A stretch of DNA of 64,000 nucleotides from Candidatus Omnitrophota bacterium. GTDB taxonomy: Bacteria > Omnitrophota > Gorgyraeia > Duberdicusellales > 4484-171. The stretch spans positions 8,818 to 72,817 of the forward strand of contig JAQVMQ010000001.1 of assembly GCA_028703535.1 (NCBI GenBank), in the 5' to 3' direction. A program made the translations under genes and the position numbers. Positions 60,698 to 64,000 of the stretch are shown here, one piece after another (the stretch's first letter is position 1; each line of letters begins with the position of its first letter). The notes under the pieces were generated by a model, which worked only from the letters and a program-made list of their open reading frames with translations, did no database searches and was not told the DNA's origin.

Positions 60698-61443
60698 GAC
60701 ATTTTCTTGATTTTTACAACACATCCGTTGTGTCCGGGTATACTGCCCTTAATTATTATCACATTATTTTCCGTATCAACAGTTAAAACCTGTAGTTTCT
60801 TTGCAATACGGTATACATTACCCATATGACCGGGCATATGTAACCCTTTCATAATCTTTGACGGATCAGCACACTGACCTGCGGCACCTATACGTCTATG
60901 CGTAGTAGATCCATGTCCACCCGGCTGACCGGCCCATCCGTGACGTTTCATACCACCGGCAAAGCCGCGGCCTTTAGTCTTAGCCCGAACATCAACAATA
61001 TCACCTTCTTTGAACAGTTCAACACCGATATATCTCAAATCATCTTTAACTGCGGTCTGTTCCTGTGCATTTACTTCTACTGCTTCCTGTCCTTCTGCAG
61101 ATACTTTATCTGCCTGTTCGGAAACCTTGTCATTTTTAATATCAGCCGTAGTTTTATTTAAGAACGAAAAATCTGTAGCATCATCAATTTCAACTTCTCT
61201 TATAACTTTATACGGGCTAACACCTAATTTATCAAAATATCCTTTTTGTGGTTTTGCCACCTTCGACACACGCGCGTCCATAACCTTAAAACAACCGATA
61301 CGCGCACGGATCTTGCTCGGATATTCTACTTTCTCTAATATACATGCAGGCTCGATTTCAATAACAGTAACACCGTGAATATCTCCGTTATCATCGAATA
61401 CCTGTGTCATACCAATTTTTTTGCCCAATATTTCTCTTATCAT
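60694..61443 (-). CDS. rplC: 50S ribosomal protein L3 with about 40-aa internal insertion
   Basis: KIGMTQVF N-terminus, GKGFAG-like RGFAGGMKRHGW; acidic insertion VSEQADKVSAEGQEAVEVNAQEQ. Confidence 0.9.
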   Translation of the reverse strand: MIREILGKKIGMTQVFDDNGDIHGVTVIEIEPACILEKVEYPSKIRARIGCFKVMDARVSKVAKPQKGYFDKLGVSPYKVIREVEIDDATDFSFLNKTTADIKNDKVSEQADKVSAEGQEAVEVNAQEQTAVKDDLRYIGVELFKEGDIVDVRAKTKGRGFAGGMKRHGWAGQPGGHGSTTHRRIGAAGQCADPSKIMKGLHMPGHMGNVYRIAKKLQVLTVDTENNVIIIKGSIPGHNGCVVKIKKMS

Positions 61444-61471
61444 TTTTCGTATACCTTAAATTTTATCTATT

Positions 61472-61780
61472 TTATACTTCTTGAGTTATAACAACATTAA
61501 CACCGGCCGGTAAATTCAATTTCTTTAGAGCATCTATCGTTTTCGAAGTAGGATTAGCAAGATCTAAAATACGCTTATGGACAGCCGACATGAACTGCTC
61601 ACGTGCTTTTTTATTAACATGCGTCGCCCGGTTAACCGTATATATCCGTTTCTTGGTAGGTAACGGAATGGGTCCATTAACCGTCGCGCCTGTTCTGACC
61701 GCAACTTCCACAATCTCCTGAGTAGACTGATCCAAAACTCTGTGATCAAACGCTTTCAATTTTATTCTTATCTTTAACAT
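61472..61780 (-). CDS. rpsJ: 30S ribosomal protein S10
   Basis: [16 protein letters not shown]... Confidence 0.95.
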   Translation of the reverse strand: MLKIRIKLKAFDHRVLDQSTQEIVEVAVRTGATVNGPIPLPTKKRIYTVNRATHVNKKAREQFMSAVHKRILDLANPTSKTIDALKKLNLPAGVNVVITQEV

Positions 61781-61798
61781 AATTCTCTCATAAAAGCA

Positions 61799-61840
61799 TC
61801 ACACCCGCCCGAAGGCAGGTGTGACAATTTTTTATTTTTT
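61799..61840. terminator. Bidirectional intrinsic terminator/attenuator between tuf and rpsJ
   Basis: 11-bp stem tcacacccgcc/ggcaggtgtga with cgaa loop (61799-61824), T-run on plus strand to 61840 and A/U run on minus-strand transcript. Confidence 0.55.
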
Positions 61841-63047
61841 ATTCAACGATCTCAGTTACAACACCAGCCCCAACTGTCCTGCCGCCTTCGCGTATCGCAA
61901 AACGTAATTCTTTTTCAATCGCAACCGGCTGGATAAGCTCAACATCCATTTTAACATTATCACCCGGCATAACCATCTCAACCCCTTCAGGAAGCTTACA
62001 AGTTCCAGTAACATCCGTTGTTCTGAAATAGAACTGAGGACGATATCCGCCAAAAAACGGAGTATGCCTTCCGCCTTCTTCTTTCTTTAACGCATAAACC
62101 TGCACTTTAAATTTCTTATGAGGTTTAATTGACCCCATCTTAGCACATACCATACCTCTTTCAACATCTTTCTTTTCTATACCACGCAAAAGCAATCCGA
62201 CATTATCACCGGCCTGCCCTTCATCTAATAATTTACGGAACATTTCAACACCGGTAACAACACTTTTCTGAGTTGCCTCGTGTATACCAATAATCTCAAT
62301 TTCCTCACCTGTCTTAACAACACCTCGCTCAATTCTTCCTGTCACAACTGTACCGCGACCGGAAATTGAGAATACATCTTCAACCGCCATTAAAAACGGT
62401 TTATCAATATCACGTTTCGGTGCAGTAATATAATCGTCTACAGCTTGCATAAGCTTGAATATTGAATCACAATCCGGATTACCGTCAACAGTTCCTGCAT
62501 TAGCAGCTTCCAACGCCTTCAAAGCGGAACCTCTTACTATCGGTATATCTTTACCAGGAAATTCATATTTTGTTAATAGATCACGAACTTCTTCTTCTAC
62601 CAAATCAACAAGTTCAGGATCATCCATCTGATCAACTTTATTAATAAACACAACAATAGCAGGAACGTTGACCTGGTGAGCTAAAAGAATGTGTTCGCGT
62701 GTCTGAGGCATAGGCCCGTCAGTTGCCGCTACAACCAATATCGCACCGTCCATTTGCGCAGCACCTGTAATCATATTCTTGACATAATCCGCGTGACCTG
62801 GACAATCAATATGCGCATAGTGCCTTGTCTCAGTTTGATACTCAACGTGCGATATATTTATAGTAACACCTCTCTCTCTTTCTTCAGGTGCTTTATCAAT
62901 ATCTTCAAATTTTAACGGATCAGCAAAACCTTTAGAAGCTAATACCTGCGTAATAGCCGCTGTCAAAGTGGTCTTACCATGATCTACGTGTCCTATAGTT
63001 CCAATGTTGAGATGGGGCTTATTTCTGACAAACTTTTCTTTTCCCAT
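61839..63047 (-). CDS. tuf: Elongation factor Tu
   Basis: [26 protein letters not shown]. Confidence 0.97.
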   Translation of the reverse strand: MGKEKFVRNKPHLNIGTIGHVDHGKTTLTAAITQVLASKGFADPLKFEDIDKAPEERERGVTINISHVEYQTETRHYAHIDCPGHADYVKNMITGAAQMDGAILVVAATDGPMPQTREHILLAHQVNVPAIVVFINKVDQMDDPELVDLVEEEVRDLLTKYEFPGKDIPIVRGSALKALEAANAGTVDGNPDCDSIFKLMQAVDDYITAPKRDIDKPFLMAVEDVFSISGRGTVVTGRIERGVVKTGEEIEIIGIHEATQKSVVTGVEMFRKLLDEGQAGDNVGLLLRGIEKKDVERGMVCAKMGSIKPHKKFKVQVYALKKEEGGRHTPFFGGYRPQFYFRTTDVTGTCKLPEGVEMVMPGDNVKMDVELIQPVAIEKELRFAIREGGRTVGAGVVTEIVE

Positions 63048-63095
63048 AAAATACCTCCTGTTTAAAACCCTTTTTTAATTAATTTGTTATATTTA

Positions 63096-64000
63096 TCAAT
63101 ACAACCCTAATACTTTAGATACTAAATTATCAGGTACTTTCTCATAATACGAAGGCTCTATTGTATACGAAGCACGTCCTTGTGTCAAGTTTCTTAATAC
63201 ATCCGCATAACTAAAGACCTCAGCCAACGGCACTTCCGCCTTGATAATCCTAAGGTTTTTCTGTTCCGTGACAGATAAAATTTTTGTTCTTTTTGAGTTT
63301 AAATCTCCTATCACCTGACTTAAATACTCTGTAGGAACAATTACTTCAAGTAACATTATCGGTTCAAGCAATGTCGGATTGCCTCTCCTGAGTCCATCTT
63401 TAACAGCCATCTCGGCCGCGACTTTAAAACTTAACTCAGAAGAATCCGTATCCTGATATGAACCATCTATCAAAGTAGCTTTTATATCCACAACGGGATA
63501 TCCGCCAAGCACACCGCTTTCCAAAGCTTCCAATACACCTTCTTTCACCGAAGGTATAAACTCTTTAGGTATAACTCCGCCTTTGATCTTATTATCAAAG
63601 ACTATGCCTGTACCTTTATCCTGCGGTTCCATTATAAGTACAACATGACCATATTGCCCGTTACCGCCAGTCTGCTGAATAAACTTCCCGCTGGATTCCA
63701 ACTGTCTGGTTATAGTTTCTTTGTACGCCACCTGCGGTTTGCCTATTTTAGCCGCAACATTAAAATCACGTAATAACCTATCCACCATAACTTCAAGATG
63801 CAGTTGTCCCATCCCCGAGATCACATTCTGTCCGGTCTCTTTGTTATACATAACTTTAAACGATGGATCCTCATCACCGAGCTTATTCAAACCGTCAAAG
63901 AGCTTTTCCTGATCAGCTGTCGTTCTCGGCTCAATAGCGACCGAGACTACCGGCTCAGGAAATTTTATTTCTTCTAATACCATCTGCGCACTCATATCGC
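63096..64000 (-). CDS. fusA: Canonical elongation factor G, C-terminal part (gene continues beyond window end)
   Basis: EF-G domains III-V (GMGQLHLEV, HVVLIMEP, DGSYQDTDSSELSFK); position in str operon upstream of tuf. Confidence 0.9.
   Translation of the reverse strand, partial: DMSAQMVLEEIKFPEPVVSVAIEPRTTADQEKLFDGLNKLGDEDPSFKVMYNKETGQNVISGMGQLHLEVMVDRLLRDFNVAAKIGKPQVAYKETITRQLESSGKFIQQTGGNGQYGHVVLIMEPQDKGTGIVFDNKIKGGVIPKEFIPSVKEGVLEALESGVLGGYPVVDIKATLIDGSYQDTDSSELSFKVAAEMAVKDGLRRGNPTLLEPIMLLEVIVPTEYLSQVIGDLNSKRTKILSVTEQKNLRIIKAEVPLAEVFSYADVLRNLTQGRASYTIEPSYYEKVPDNLVSKVLGLY

Noticed and set aside
1-64000. tRNA, rRNA, tmRNA/SRP/RNase P, CRISPR arrays, IS elements/integrases
   Set aside because: No cloverleaf-compatible GC-rich segments with T-loop GTTCRA motifs, no direct-repeat/spacer arrays, no transposase- or integrase-like ORFs detected by eye. 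Covariance-model scans would be needed to be definitive.

Overview
AT-rich (roughly one-third GC) bacterial chromosomal segment, Gram-negative by content (TonB-dependent receptor with C-terminal Phe, PilT, lipoprotein-type peptidases). It is densely coded, and nearly every gene from 15.6 kb to the end lies on the minus strand.

The 3' third (46.7-64 kb) is the conserved str/S10/spc/alpha ribosomal super-operon: fusA(partial)-tuf-rpsJ-rplCDWB-rpsS-rplV-rpsC-rplP-rpmC-rpsQ-rplNXE-rpsN(type Z)-rpsH-rplFR-rpsE-rplO-secY-adk-map-infA-rpmJ-rpsMKD-rpoA-rplQ. No rpmD (L30) is present, and several r-proteins carry lineage-specific extensions.

The middle carries central-metabolism and housekeeping genes: citrate synthase, a short-type aconitase, NAD-IDH-like and LDH-type MDH, an aminotransferase, an orphan LeuC-like protein, cmoB-cmoA-ahcY, pyrE, NptA/PhoU, mutS-mutL, rlmB-like and pilT. 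It also holds an unusual number of peptidases (M48A Ste24-like, S1, M16, S2P/M50, SprT-like, CPBP, a second M48, Map).

The 5' end is the most unusual part. Two closely related non-canonical EF-G paralogs lie 6 kb apart, separate from the canonical fusA at the far end of the window. One of them (3671..6781) is a continuous 1036-aa ORF with an N-terminal transmembrane anchor, a roughly 200-aa coiled coil and an acidic Ser/Asp-rich linker fused to a complete EF-G. An antitoxin-less PIN-domain gene immediately follows it.

Other noteworthy items:
- A tandem pair of 77-aa paralogous peptides (conserved N-terminus under visible purifying selection, divergent Gly/Ala/Cys-containing tails, locally GC-rich) directly upstream of a GT4 glycosyltransferase with a C-terminal extension.
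- A three-copy GC-rich palindromic repeat family placed exactly after stop codons.
- A cluster of membrane-anchored coiled-coil proteins.
- A perfect 14-bp palindrome overlapping a direct repeat in a 760-bp divergent intergenic region.
- A bidirectional terminator between tuf and rpsJ.

No tRNA, rRNA, CRISPR array, transposase or integrase was recognised.
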